Source: Pyrinomonadaceae bacterium
GTDB taxonomy: Bacteria; Acidobacteriota; Blastocatellia; Pyrinomonadales; Pyrinomonadaceae
Assembly: GCA_013003295.1 (NCBI GenBank)
Contig: JABDJV010000101.1
Coordinates: forward strand, 1 to 58,515
Length of the DNA: 58,515 bases
Direction of reading: 5' to 3'
Below, in pieces: positions 45,474 through 54,047 of this stretch; within the stretch, counting starts at the first letter, position 1, and every line of letters begins with the position of its first letter. A program made the position numbers and the translations under genes. Below the pieces are notes generated by a model. It saw only the letters and a list, made by a program, of their open reading frames with translations. It was not told the origin of the DNA and ran no database searches.

Positions 45474-45944
45474 ATGGCATATCTAGAACTGCTCAGACAA
45501 GTCGAACAGCGAATACGAACAAACAAGGGAAGATTACAAGGACCCTGTGAATTTGAGTCCTTTGGCCGACTAAAAACCAAATCGGAGAGTGAATTAGGAT
45601 CCGATTTAAAAAGCTCGTTTGTAAGATTTTTGCAGCGTACAAACGGGTTTTATTGGAATCATGTTTATATATTCGGCAGCGAAACATGCGAGAGTTCTAC
45701 ACAACCGGGCATAGTCATTCCAGGCTTTATCCAGGCGAACCTGGATTATCGGAGAAAGGATGCGCGGTTTCTAAATTATCTGGTCTTTGGAAAAAGCTCG
45801 CACGATCAATTTCTATTTGCTTACAAAATTCGGCTGCACGAATACCAGATAATTCAGGAAAGCCACGACCAGATCGTTGATAAAGTGAAGAGTTTTGATG
45901 ACATGATTGCACAAGCGCTGAAAAGAAGCCTATTTGCCCACTAG
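45474..45944 (+). CDS. SMI1/KNR4 (SUKH superfamily) protein
   Basis: LKSSFVRFLQRTNGFYWNHVYIFG matches the LPxxYxxFLxxxNG core of SMI1_KNR4. 156 aa. Confidence 0.55.
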   Translation: MAYLELLRQVEQRIRTNKGRLQGPCEFESFGRLKTKSESELGSDLKSSFVRFLQRTNGFYWNHVYIFGSETCESSTQPGIVIPGFIQANLDYRRKDARFLNYLVFGKSSHDQFLFAYKIRLHEYQIIQESHDQIVDKVKSFDDMIAQALKRSLFAH

Positions 45945-46283
45945 ATTCAACCCTATTCTTCTATCACTGAGTATCGGACATTCTCGAAATCTCCAATTTA
46001 AAACGTGCGTAAACTGCCGGGCTTGGTGATAATCTTGAGAACGTTTCCCAATATCAAAGAGGAAATGAAGTGGGGCGTGCCATCCTATGAAAACGGTAAA
46101 AATTTTCTTGTTGCGCTTTAAAACCATTGCAATCTTGGTTTCTCTCCAAAAGGTCTATCCGAATAAGAAATTGCCCTTTTTGATGGGGGCGGTAATACAA
46201 TAAAGCTCATAGCAATCAGTTCCGTGTAAGAGGTCGACGAAAAGCGGATTGTGAAGCTATTGAAGATGGTAAAGAAAAAATGA
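45945..46283 (+). pseudogene. DUF1801-like reading frame interrupted by four in-frame TAA codons
   Basis: A single frame reads IQPYSSITEYRTFSKSPI*NVRKLPGLVIILRTFPNIKEEMKWGVPSYENGKNFLVAL*NHCNLGFSPKGLSE*EIALFDGGGNTIKLIAISSV*EVDEKRIVKLLKMVKKK. TAA codons sit at 45999, 46119, 46164 and 46227; the terminal TGA is at 46281-46283. The KWGxPxY...(K)xHxxLGF...G...I.I pattern fits DUF1801. No frameshift and no ATG at the 5' end. Confidence 0.55.
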
Positions 46284-46486
46284 TTCTGACGATTGTTAGG
46301 GATCTGGAATCGAAGATTTATCCCACCATTGTCGGCGCTATTTGTCGAAGCTTAGGATATACCAGCCGTACATACAATAAGAACGCTTGAGCGCGATCAG
46401 TTTAAGCGAATACGGGCGGTGCATACTTGCAACCCTGTTCGCGGCCCACAAACCTAAACGCAAGACGCCATGAAGACGCTGACGCT

Positions 46487-47674
46487 TCAATCCATCTCTA
46501 AATATTGCTCATACACCAACCTTTCCTTTTGAGACTCAGCCGCAATTTTTACACCAAGTTCTTTTAATTCCATTTGGTTCAGAAACAGTCCGTCAAAAAA
46601 CAATTTAGCGAGTTTTATCGTAAGGTAGTGACTAGACAATGCCTCATCATGCGAATTTAGCTCCAACCTCGGCCAAGGTTCGAAATTCATTTGGCTCAGT
46701 AGATAGGGTTCGTCAGAAAATTCACCATGTGTAGCTTTTGGCATTCCAACTACTAATCGGTTAGCCCAATTAAGGCTTTTTATTAAATTAAGATTTACAT
46801 TGCTCCTTTGCTTTTCGTGTCCCCTATAAAAGGTGAGAATAGGAAAACCCTGTCGTTTTACTAAAACATTCTCCTTAGCTAATTGTGCCGAATCGTCAAA
46901 AATGTAAGATGCATCTAGACCCACTATCGCTTTTACTCTCTTGTCCCTTTGGCTCAGCCATAAGGAGACAATGCCACCAACGCTAAAACCCATTGAGCCA
47001 ACCCGTTTGGAATCGAGATTTTTCATTCTTAAAATCGTCTCCAACGCGAATTGCAAATCCAAGACCTGAGTCATTACCCGTTCCTTATTTATTTTAAAGT
47101 CAAAAATCGTACTGCCGGTGCCGAGTTGAGGAATGGTTGCTACAACATAACCATGGCTCGCCAAAAATTCTGCCAGCAAAGTATTATCCGGTGACCTCGA
47201 AAACCAACCCGAGCAATAGAGAATTAACGGAAATTTTCCTTTCTTTGCGGTAGCGTCGAAATGTACCTGTGTTTCAAAGTTTAATAACTTATCGACGGCG
47301 ATTTTATTTTTTTTGAACATCCCATTGTACGACCACATATCATAGGTGTTCATTATCTCATTTAGCTTGGCGAAGTAGTCGTCAGGCGCTTTCGGATTAA
47401 CATAATTCTTAAAAAGCATCCTTTTTTCGTTTACCGGTTCCGAGGGATACCAGACCGCAACCCTGATCGGTCTTTTCTTTGACCGGGGAGTTTCATTTGT
47501 TTTAAATGGAAAAGGATCCCAGTCCCGTGTTTCGTCGAGTAGATAGATATACTTAAAACCCACTTTGTGACTGCCAAACTTCGGAGGCTTTACTTGGGCA
47601 TTCACCCCTTTAAATAATAGGAAACTGACGGTCAGAACCAAGAAAGATATCAGAAAATATTTTTTTGTATTCAT
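46487..47674 (-). CDS. Alpha/beta hydrolase (dienelactone hydrolase / PAF-acetylhydrolase-like), secreted
   Basis: Signal peptide. Nucleophile elbow GFSVGG. Confidence 0.65.
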   Translation of the reverse strand: MNTKKYFLISFLVLTVSFLLFKGVNAQVKPPKFGSHKVGFKYIYLLDETRDWDPFPFKTNETPRSKKRPIRVAVWYPSEPVNEKRMLFKNYVNPKAPDDYFAKLNEIMNTYDMWSYNGMFKKNKIAVDKLLNFETQVHFDATAKKGKFPLILYCSGWFSRSPDNTLLAEFLASHGYVVATIPQLGTGSTIFDFKINKERVMTQVLDLQFALETILRMKNLDSKRVGSMGFSVGGIVSLWLSQRDKRVKAIVGLDASYIFDDSAQLAKENVLVKRQGFPILTFYRGHEKQRSNVNLNLIKSLNWANRLVVGMPKATHGEFSDEPYLLSQMNFEPWPRLELNSHDEALSSHYLTIKLAKLFFDGLFLNQMELKELGVKIAAESQKERLVYEQYLEMD

Positions 47675-47811
47675 AGTATCGGATTTAATTCATAATCACG
47701 GTATTCGGATCTATATTGATAACACCGCACCGATTCGTTTTATGACACAAGAAAGGATTGTCGAAAAATATATCGTCAAAATAAAAGATATTTACCGGAC
47801 TTTTTAATGTT

Positions 47812-48675
47812 TCATAATTTCTTCTGATAAACCCTTACATAATCGATATACATCCGCAGCGGAAAAGACCCGACGTCGATCCCTTTTCTTCCGCCCCAGG
47901 TTCCGCCGACGGCGGTATTGATCTTCAAATGGAATTTCTGATCAAACGGCCATTCGGCGTATGATCTCTTTGCATTTCTAAACCTATAGTAAACGGCTCC
48001 ATCTACCGCAAATTCGATCTTCCCGGGGGTCCATTCGATCGCGTAGTCGTGGTATTCCCTGTGCGGGTCTTTGATTTTGATCTTTCCGGATCGTTCGGTT
48101 CCGTTTTCATAATTAAAGGCTTCGGTGTGAACAGTTCCGAGAACCACATTCGGATCAAACCCGACATTTTCCATAATGTCTATTTCGCCGCTTTTTACCC
48201 AGTCCAATTCATCAAGATCTTCACCAAGCATCCAGATCGCTGACCACGCCCCAACGCCTTTTGGCAGACGGGCGCGAACTTCGATCTTTCCGTATTTCCA
48301 CTCGGCGAGACCTTTTGTCGTGACGCTTGCCGACGTATATTCGGAAATTCTTTTTCGCTTTCGCCAGTTTTTATCTTTGGGTGACACGAAATCATTGTTC
48401 CTGATCCTCTCCTTTCGCGCCTCGATGATCAATTTTCCGTTTGCGATCCGTACGTTCTCTTTCCGATTGGTGTAATACTGCGCTTCGAAATTTCTTACAT
48501 ATCCCAACTCAAATCCCCATTTTGCAGGATCAGGACTCCCGGAACCCCGAAATTCATCCGACCAGACCAGTTCATAACCGTCATCAGAGTCGGCGCGGTT
48601 TATTCCTGCTTCCGGGTTTTCGAATTGTATAGGTATTAAAATGAAAAGGAGGAAAACGAAAATAGACATCTTCAT
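47812..48675 (-). CDS. Glycoside hydrolase family 16 (beta-glucanase/laminarinase-like), secreted
   Basis: Catalytic motif GEIDIMEN (ExDxxE). WSAIWMLG. Confidence 0.88.
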   Translation of the reverse strand: MKMSIFVFLLFILIPIQFENPEAGINRADSDDGYELVWSDEFRGSGSPDPAKWGFELGYVRNFEAQYYTNRKENVRIANGKLIIEARKERIRNNDFVSPKDKNWRKRKRISEYTSASVTTKGLAEWKYGKIEVRARLPKGVGAWSAIWMLGEDLDELDWVKSGEIDIMENVGFDPNVVLGTVHTEAFNYENGTERSGKIKIKDPHREYHDYAIEWTPGKIEFAVDGAVYYRFRNAKRSYAEWPFDQKFHLKINTAVGGTWGGRKGIDVGSFPLRMYIDYVRVYQKKL

Positions 48676-48797
48676 AATTTACAAGTATTGAGTCCAGGCT
48701 TGCTCAAGAATCTTCGAATTAAAACCGGTTTGTGAAACCGCATATATTTTATAACAATGTTCCTTCGGCTGACTAGATATTAATTTGATAAATAGCA

Positions 48798-49829
48798 ATG
48801 TTGATCTCAGAATTTGATTACGAATTACCTGAAGAGCTGATAGCTCAGAATCCGCTCGAGAAACGCGAATCATCGCGGATGCTTGTAACGCGCCCGAAAG
48901 AGAAGTCGCTCGAAGATCGAAAGTTTTCTGAGATATCAAAATTTCTAAAACAAGGGGATCTTATAGTTTTAAACAATACGAAGGTTTTCCCGGCGAGAAT
49001 TTTCGGAAAGAGCGAAACGGGAGCAAAGATCGAGCTCTTTTTGGTTGAGGAAAAGGAAGGCCAAACCTGGGAAACGCTTGCCCGCCCCGCTCGTCGTCTA
49101 AAACCGGGAAAAAAGATCAATTTTGGAAAAGAATTAGCGGGCGAGGTGATGGAAAAAACTTCCGAAGGAAGGGTGTTGATCAAGTTTGATTTCTCAGGCA
49201 GCTTCGATGAGGTCTTGGATGAGATCGGGCAAACTCCCCTGCCCCCTTATATAAACCGAGAGGAAGGTACGCTTGATAAAGATCGCCAGCGATATCAAAC
49301 GATATATGCGAAAGAGCGCGGGGCCATTGCGGCACCAACCGCCGGTCTGCATTTTTCGCCAGAGATCCTGGACGAAATAAAAGCGGTCGGCGCCGAGATA
49401 ACAGAAATAACCCTGCACGTCGGTTATGGTACTTTTGAGCCCGTCCGCGTGAGAGATTTATCAGAACACAGCGTAATGCCGGAGAGGTTTGATATCAGCA
49501 AAGAATCATCTGAAAAGTTGAATGGCGCTCAAGCTGAAAACCGCAGGATCATCGCCATCGGAACCACGACGACGAGGGCTCTTGAAACGACGATGGCCAG
49601 GAATCAGGAGTTTAAGAGCGGCCCGCAGATCGCTGATCTGACCATCACCCCCGGATATTCGTTTAAGGCGATCGACGGAATTCTTACAAACTTCCATTTA
49701 CCAAGATCTTCCCTGTTAGTTTTGATATCGACCTTTGGCGGTTATGACTTTATAATGGATGCCTATAAACACGCCGTAGAAAAACGGTATCGTTTCTATA
49801 GCTACGGCGATTGTATGCTTATATTATAG
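48798..49829 (+). CDS. queA: S-adenosylmethionine:tRNA ribosyltransferase-isomerase
   Basis: FDYELPEELIAQNPLEKRESSRMLV, PLPPYI, AAPTAGLHF, GTTTTRALE, and FYSYGDCMLI. Confidence 0.96.
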   Translation: MLISEFDYELPEELIAQNPLEKRESSRMLVTRPKEKSLEDRKFSEISKFLKQGDLIVLNNTKVFPARIFGKSETGAKIELFLVEEKEGQTWETLARPARRLKPGKKINFGKELAGEVMEKTSEGRVLIKFDFSGSFDEVLDEIGQTPLPPYINREEGTLDKDRQRYQTIYAKERGAIAAPTAGLHFSPEILDEIKAVGAEITEITLHVGYGTFEPVRVRDLSEHSVMPERFDISKESSEKLNGAQAENRRIIAIGTTTTRALETTMARNQEFKSGPQIADLTITPGYSFKAIDGILTNFHLPRSSLLVLISTFGGYDFIMDAYKHAVEKRYRFYSYGDCMLIL

Positions 49830-49915
49830 TTGACCAAGTTCGCTGAGTTTAGTGAGTTGACTGAGTTTGTCTTCAACTAAGTCAACTCAGCAAACTCGGC
49901 GAACTTACTAAACCA
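49829..49915. repeat. Nonamer-periodic hairpin filling the queA-acetyltransferase spacer
   Basis: Left arm: GTTGACCAA GTTCGCTGA GTTTAGTGA GTTGACTGA GTTTGTCTT (49829-49873). Right arm: CAACTAAGT CAACTCAGC AAACTCGGC GAACTTACT AAACC (49874-49915). It starts on the G of the queA stop codon and ends 3 nt before ATG 49919. Confidence 0.9.
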
Positions 49916-49918
49916 CTC

Positions 49919-50449
49919 ATGGCTGTAATGCAGAAAATCAGGAATATTTTTCTCGACGCGGAATTCGCCGAGGTGGAGATTCCTGCTCCGGCGGCGCCGA
50001 CCAGCTATAGTCTTTCAACCCTTACCGAAAAGAATCTGCGCGAAGTATTAAGTCTCAACCTACGTTGCTTTTATCAAGGCGAAAACTATACAAAACTCAC
50101 CTTCAAGCACCTACTGACCGAACCGAATATTCTTAGTTATCAAATAATTACCGCTGAAAGGCAGATGGTCGGGTTTATTTTTATCGCTGTCCACAATGAC
50201 AAGATCGGACATATAACAACCATTGGCGTGGCCCCTGAACATCGCAATCGCGGGCTTGCCAAGCTTCTGTTGCAGCATGCTGAAAAAGCCCTGAAAACAA
50301 GGGGTTTTGATTCGGTGGTCCTGGAAGTAAGAGTTAGCAATTACATCGCACAGAATTTATATCATCAGCTTGATTACAACATCATCCAAAAGCTTGAGAA
50401 TTACTACACAAATAAGGAAGATGCCTATCTAATGTCGAAATCCCTCTAA
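49919..50449 (+). CDS. GNAT acetyltransferase, RimI-like
   Basis: ITTIGVAPEHRNRGLAKLLL is motif A. Size and context fit, but assigning it to RimI specifically is uncertain. Confidence 0.65.
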   Translation: MAVMQKIRNIFLDAEFAEVEIPAPAAPTSYSLSTLTEKNLREVLSLNLRCFYQGENYTKLTFKHLLTEPNILSYQIITAERQMVGFIFIAVHNDKIGHITTIGVAPEHRNRGLAKLLLQHAEKALKTRGFDSVVLEVRVSNYIAQNLYHQLDYNIIQKLENYYTNKEDAYLMSKSL

Positions 50450-50453
50450 GCTG

Positions 50454-51068
50454 ATGCTCCTGCCAAAGATCTATCCAATTACAGACGTTAATGCGGCCGG
50501 AATTTCCCATGCCGAACAGGTGAAAAAGCTTATTTCCGGCGGTGCGGAGTTTATTCAATTGCGGGAAAAGGAGGCCTCTTCAGACGTGTTTTTTAAATCT
50601 GCAGAAGAAGCGGTCGGTATCGCTCGCGCAAATAGCAAAAGGCTGATCATTAATGACCGGGTGGATATCGCTGCATATGTAAAGGCTGATGGTGTCCATT
50701 TGGGACAGCACGATCTGCCGCCATCGGAAGCGAGGAAAATACTGGGCAAAGATGCGATCATCGGGTTTTCGACTCATTCGAAAGAGCAGGCGCTAAAAGC
50801 TATCAAGCTTCCGGTCGATTACATTGCGATAGGTCCTGTTTTTGAAACGAAAACGAAATCCGACACCGAAAAAGCTGTCGGCCTGGAAGGAATTGCCAAA
50901 GTCCGAAATGCGGTCGGAGATTTTCCGCTGGTCGCTATCGGCGGGATCACGTTCGACAATTTTCGGGAAGTGCTGCGCGCCGGAACAGATTCGGTTGCGC
51001 TTATCAGCGGCCTGCTTTCGCCGCCGGATAGCATCGAGAAGAATTTTAGAAAAATGCGGCAGTCATAG
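50454..51068 (+). CDS. thiE: Thiamine-phosphate synthase
   Basis: IYPITD, IQLREK, INDRVDIA, GVHLGQHDL, GFSTHS, YIAIGPVF.T.TK, and AIGGI. Confidence 0.92.
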   Translation: MLLPKIYPITDVNAAGISHAEQVKKLISGGAEFIQLREKEASSDVFFKSAEEAVGIARANSKRLIINDRVDIAAYVKADGVHLGQHDLPPSEARKILGKDAIIGFSTHSKEQALKAIKLPVDYIAIGPVFETKTKSDTEKAVGLEGIAKVRNAVGDFPLVAIGGITFDNFREVLRAGTDSVALISGLLSPPDSIEKNFRKMRQS

Positions 51069-51174
51069 TTCGCTGCGCAGCGTGAGCGTGATGCGCGTGA
51101 TGCCGGCATGTCAGAACCTCTAGCGTCAGCGACCGGGTCAAATATTGATCTACAGATCTTACGACAAACAAGAG

Positions 51175-51568
51175 TCATCGAAGATGACGAAAGATAGTAG
51201 CCCCGTACGAAGCGAAGCGGAGTGCGGGGTGCGATTAAAAAAGCGGACGAAAGCCCTGAAAGGGCGGCAGGAAATTATTCAAAATCGAGGTTTGGCGATT
51301 CTTATTTTCATGAGCATCTTTCGCCCGTTCAGGGCTCTTATTCATTTGCCGCCTAGCCCCGCACGCAACGTGAGCGGAGTGCGGGGTAGAATCCACAAAG
51401 CAGACGTAGGCCCTGAAAGGGCGGTAGAAATTGTTCAAGATCAAGATTTTGGCATTCCTCATTTTCGAACGCATCTTTCGCCCTTTCAGGGCTCTGATCA
51501 TTTGCCGCCTATACCCCGCACTCAGCTTCGCTTCGTACGGGGCTAATATCTACCGTCGTCTTCGACGA
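51175..51568. repeat. Nested palindromic element of about 394 bp: ~55-bp imperfect terminal inverted repeats enclosing two ~156-bp direct repeats, each itself a hairpin
   Basis: The left end TCATCGAAGATGACGAAAGATAGTAGCCCCGTACGAAGCGAAGCGGAGTGCGGGGT matches the reverse complement of the right end, TCGTCGAAGACGACGGTAGATATTAGCCCCGTACGAAGCGAAGCTGAGTGCGGGGT. CCCCG(T/C)AC...GT(G/A)CGGGG hairpins lie at 51201-51229, 51357-51386 and 51514-51542. Internal GCCCTGAAAGGGC faces GCCC(G/T)TTCAGGGC. Confidence 0.85.
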
Positions 51569-51820
51569 CTGCAGCACCAATACTTAAATCATAACAACGA
51601 CGACACTCCCGATATACCGACTCCGGATACAAATCATTTCCGACCCGCAAGCTGATACATCGCGGTTCTGACTTATATGATAAACAATGTTAAAAAATTC
51701 CTTGCATTTTTGGCTGATTTAAGTGAGAATAGATATTGTCTGGAATAAGAGATCGATCTATTCCTTTCTCACTCATCCTTCCTTTTTTCAAAGAATCTTT
51801 TTAGGAGTCAATTCCATAAA

Positions 51821-53035
51821 ATGAGTTTGCTTGATGTAGCACCAATAATAGAGCAGATGCTGCTCATATCTGAAAACGTAAGTGACCTTAACTTTTCGAC
51901 CGGTCAAAAACCGCAGATCGAGATCAACGGCAGTCTTTTTTCAGCATCGCCAATGGGTTTGGGCAAGCTTACCGCTTTCCAAACGGAAATGATCGCGATG
52001 GCAATATTGAGAGACTCGCCGGAGGCCTCGAAACATTTGGCGACTCTGGGAACCGCGGATTTGAGTTACAGCTTGCCCGGCCGCTGTCGTTTTCGTGTAA
52101 ATATATTTCAACAGCGGGGATCATTTTCAATAGTCATGCGTGTGATTCCCCATGAAATCCCTAGTTTCGAATCGCTAAACGTACCCAAACACCTTGGGGA
52201 TGTAACCGGGATGCGTAACGGGCTGGTTTTACTTACCGGACCTACCGGCTCTGGTAAGAGTTCGACGCTTGCGGCGATGATCGATAAGATCAATCAAACC
52301 AAGAGTTATCACATCGTTACGATTGAAGACCCGATCGAATTTTTGCACTCGCATAAGAAATCGACGATAAACCAGCGCGAGGTCGGATCCGACACAAAAG
52401 ACTTCGCTTCTGCGCTTCGTGCAGCTCTTCGTCAGGCACCAAAAGTAATACTCGTTGGTGAGATGCGCGACCTGGAAACCACTGAGATCGCACTCGAAGC
52501 TGCTGAGACGGGTCACCTTGTTCTATCGACGCTTCACACCATTGACGCTTCAAAAACAGTCGACCGTATTATCGGTATGTATCCGAAGAACGAAGAAAAA
52601 ATTATCCGCACGCGACTCGCGCAAACGTTTAGATATATCGTTTCGCAGCGTTTGATCCCGACAGCAGATGGAACCGGCCGTGTTCCGGCCGTTGAGGTGC
52701 TCAAGTCCAATCCGCGTACCCGCGAATACATCGAAAACGGTGAAAGCGAAGGTAAAACGCTCTTGGATGCAATGCGGGATGGTGAGATCGACGGTATGCA
52801 GGATTTCGACACTGTGATCAGAAATTTGATTGTTGGCGAAAAGGTTACGCTCGAAGACGGCCTTTCATATGCAACAAATCAAAACAACCTGCTTCTCCAA
52901 TTGAAAGGTCTGGCTTCGACTGAGGATTTCATGAATCACAATAAAGTTGAGGCTCAGCCGAAAACAGATCCTACCGCTCCTCCGCCAGTCGAGAGCCAAA
53001 CCCAAGGCGGCTCTGTTTTAGATATGCTTGAATAA
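51821..53035 (+). CDS. pilT: Type IV pilus retraction ATPase, PilT family, with C-terminal extension
   Basis: GPTGSGKSST (Walker A), ITIEDPIEF, ILVGEMRD (Walker B region), and TGHLVLSTLHT. About 50 extra C-terminal residues rich in P/Q/T. Confidence 0.85.
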   Translation: MSLLDVAPIIEQMLLISENVSDLNFSTGQKPQIEINGSLFSASPMGLGKLTAFQTEMIAMAILRDSPEASKHLATLGTADLSYSLPGRCRFRVNIFQQRGSFSIVMRVIPHEIPSFESLNVPKHLGDVTGMRNGLVLLTGPTGSGKSSTLAAMIDKINQTKSYHIVTIEDPIEFLHSHKKSTINQREVGSDTKDFASALRAALRQAPKVILVGEMRDLETTEIALEAAETGHLVLSTLHTIDASKTVDRIIGMYPKNEEKIIRTRLAQTFRYIVSQRLIPTADGTGRVPAVEVLKSNPRTREYIENGESEGKTLLDAMRDGEIDGMQDFDTVIRNLIVGEKVTLEDGLSYATNQNNLLLQLKGLASTEDFMNHNKVEAQPKTDPTAPPPVESQTQGGSVLDMLE

Positions 53036-53058
53036 TTTTTGGATAGTTTAATAAAGAT

Positions 53059-53790
53059 ATGATTATAAGATGCGATAGTTGTTCGGTTTCATTACAGCTT
53101 GATGAATCGAAAGTGCCCGGGAAAAACTTTACCGTTCGCTGCCCGCGTTGCCAGAATTTGGTCAGGGTTGTTGCGGGCGCTAGTGGAAAAGGAACGCCTA
53201 CGGCTCAGCAGCTCGAACAAAATTCACCAGCTCCGGCAGTAAAGGACGGTGCGGCAGAATTTTCACAGCGGGAATCTGAAGTACAGATCAATGACGCTTT
53301 GAAGTCTTTGCTCGGGGCATTGAATGGGAATCAGTCAGCGATGGACTTTGACGACGAAGACAAGATCAGGCCGCGACGCGTGCTTCTCTGTCTTGGGGCG
53401 GTTAATGACCTCGTTTCCAAGACGCTTTCGTCTATGGGTTTCAAAGTATATATTGCCGCCAATCCCGCTCAGGCAAATGAACGATTGAAAGAAGGTAAAA
53501 CGGAAATTCTGATCTTCTCACCCGATTTCGCTGAGGAATTTGGCGGTGCGGCGATTCTCCAGCAAAAGGTAAATTCAATGCCGGCAACTGAAAGAAGGCG
53601 TTTGTATCTAACCTCAGTCGAAGACGGCGGCGACACGCTGAACGCCCACGAGGCCTTCCTGAGAAATTTGAATTTGATCGTAAATACGAATGACATCGAT
53701 CAACTGCCGCTGATCCTAAATCGAGCACTGCATGATTTTAACGATCTGTATTTCTACTACAATCGTGCGGCAGGTGCAGAAGCGATTTAA
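53059..53790 (+). CDS. MJ0042-type zinc-ribbon protein with C-terminal receiver-like (degenerate) domain
   Basis: MIIRCDSCSVSLQLDESKVPGKNFTVRCPRCQNLV is a CxxC...CxxC ribbon. The C-terminal RRVLLCLG...EILIFSPDF resembles a CheY-like fold lacking the acidic pair. Confidence 0.5.
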   Translation: MIIRCDSCSVSLQLDESKVPGKNFTVRCPRCQNLVRVVAGASGKGTPTAQQLEQNSPAPAVKDGAAEFSQRESEVQINDALKSLLGALNGNQSAMDFDDEDKIRPRRVLLCLGAVNDLVSKTLSSMGFKVYIAANPAQANERLKEGKTEILIFSPDFAEEFGGAAILQQKVNSMPATERRRLYLTSVEDGGDTLNAHEAFLRNLNLIVNTNDIDQLPLILNRALHDFNDLYFYYNRAAGAEAI

Positions 53791-53815
53791 GATATATCTA
53801 CAATCATTAATAGCG

Positions 53816-53848
53816 AGCGGCTGGGTAAATCTAGCCGCTTTTCTTTTA
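53816..53848 (+). terminator. Rho-independent terminator
   Basis: AGCGGCT (53816-53822), 10-nt loop, AGCCGCT (53833-53839), then TTTCTTTT. Confidence 0.65.
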
Positions 53849-53870
53849 AAAACAGGCAGAAACCGGAGCT

Positions 53871-53998
53871 GCTAAGGAGTCTGCAGTCTGTCATCTGAGA
53901 TTCCGGCGCTCAATAGAGGATTCCCGCATAACCGTGTAGTTCTATATTTGGGGTCGACCACGTGCACACTTGCTCGCGCGCGTGTTTCTGCCTGTTGT
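53871..53998. repeat. Dispersed intergenic element of about 125 nt, copy B
   Basis: See copy A (23706-23831). Left end GCTAAGGAGTCTGCAGTCTGTCATCTGAGATTCCGGCG; right end GTGCACACTTGCTCGCGCGCGTGTTTCTGCCTGTTG. Confidence 0.65.
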
Positions 53999-54047
53999 TC
54001 CACGACGCGAGTTGATGACACAGGCGGAAACACGACTGGACGGTTTG

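Noticed and set aside
42137-48675. Integrated genomic island at tRNA-Leu.
   Set aside because: No integrase, excisionase or mobility gene is present, and I spotted no direct repeat of the tRNA 3' end downstream. Gene content is merely heterogeneous. I kept it only as context for the SMI1 and DUF1801 observations.
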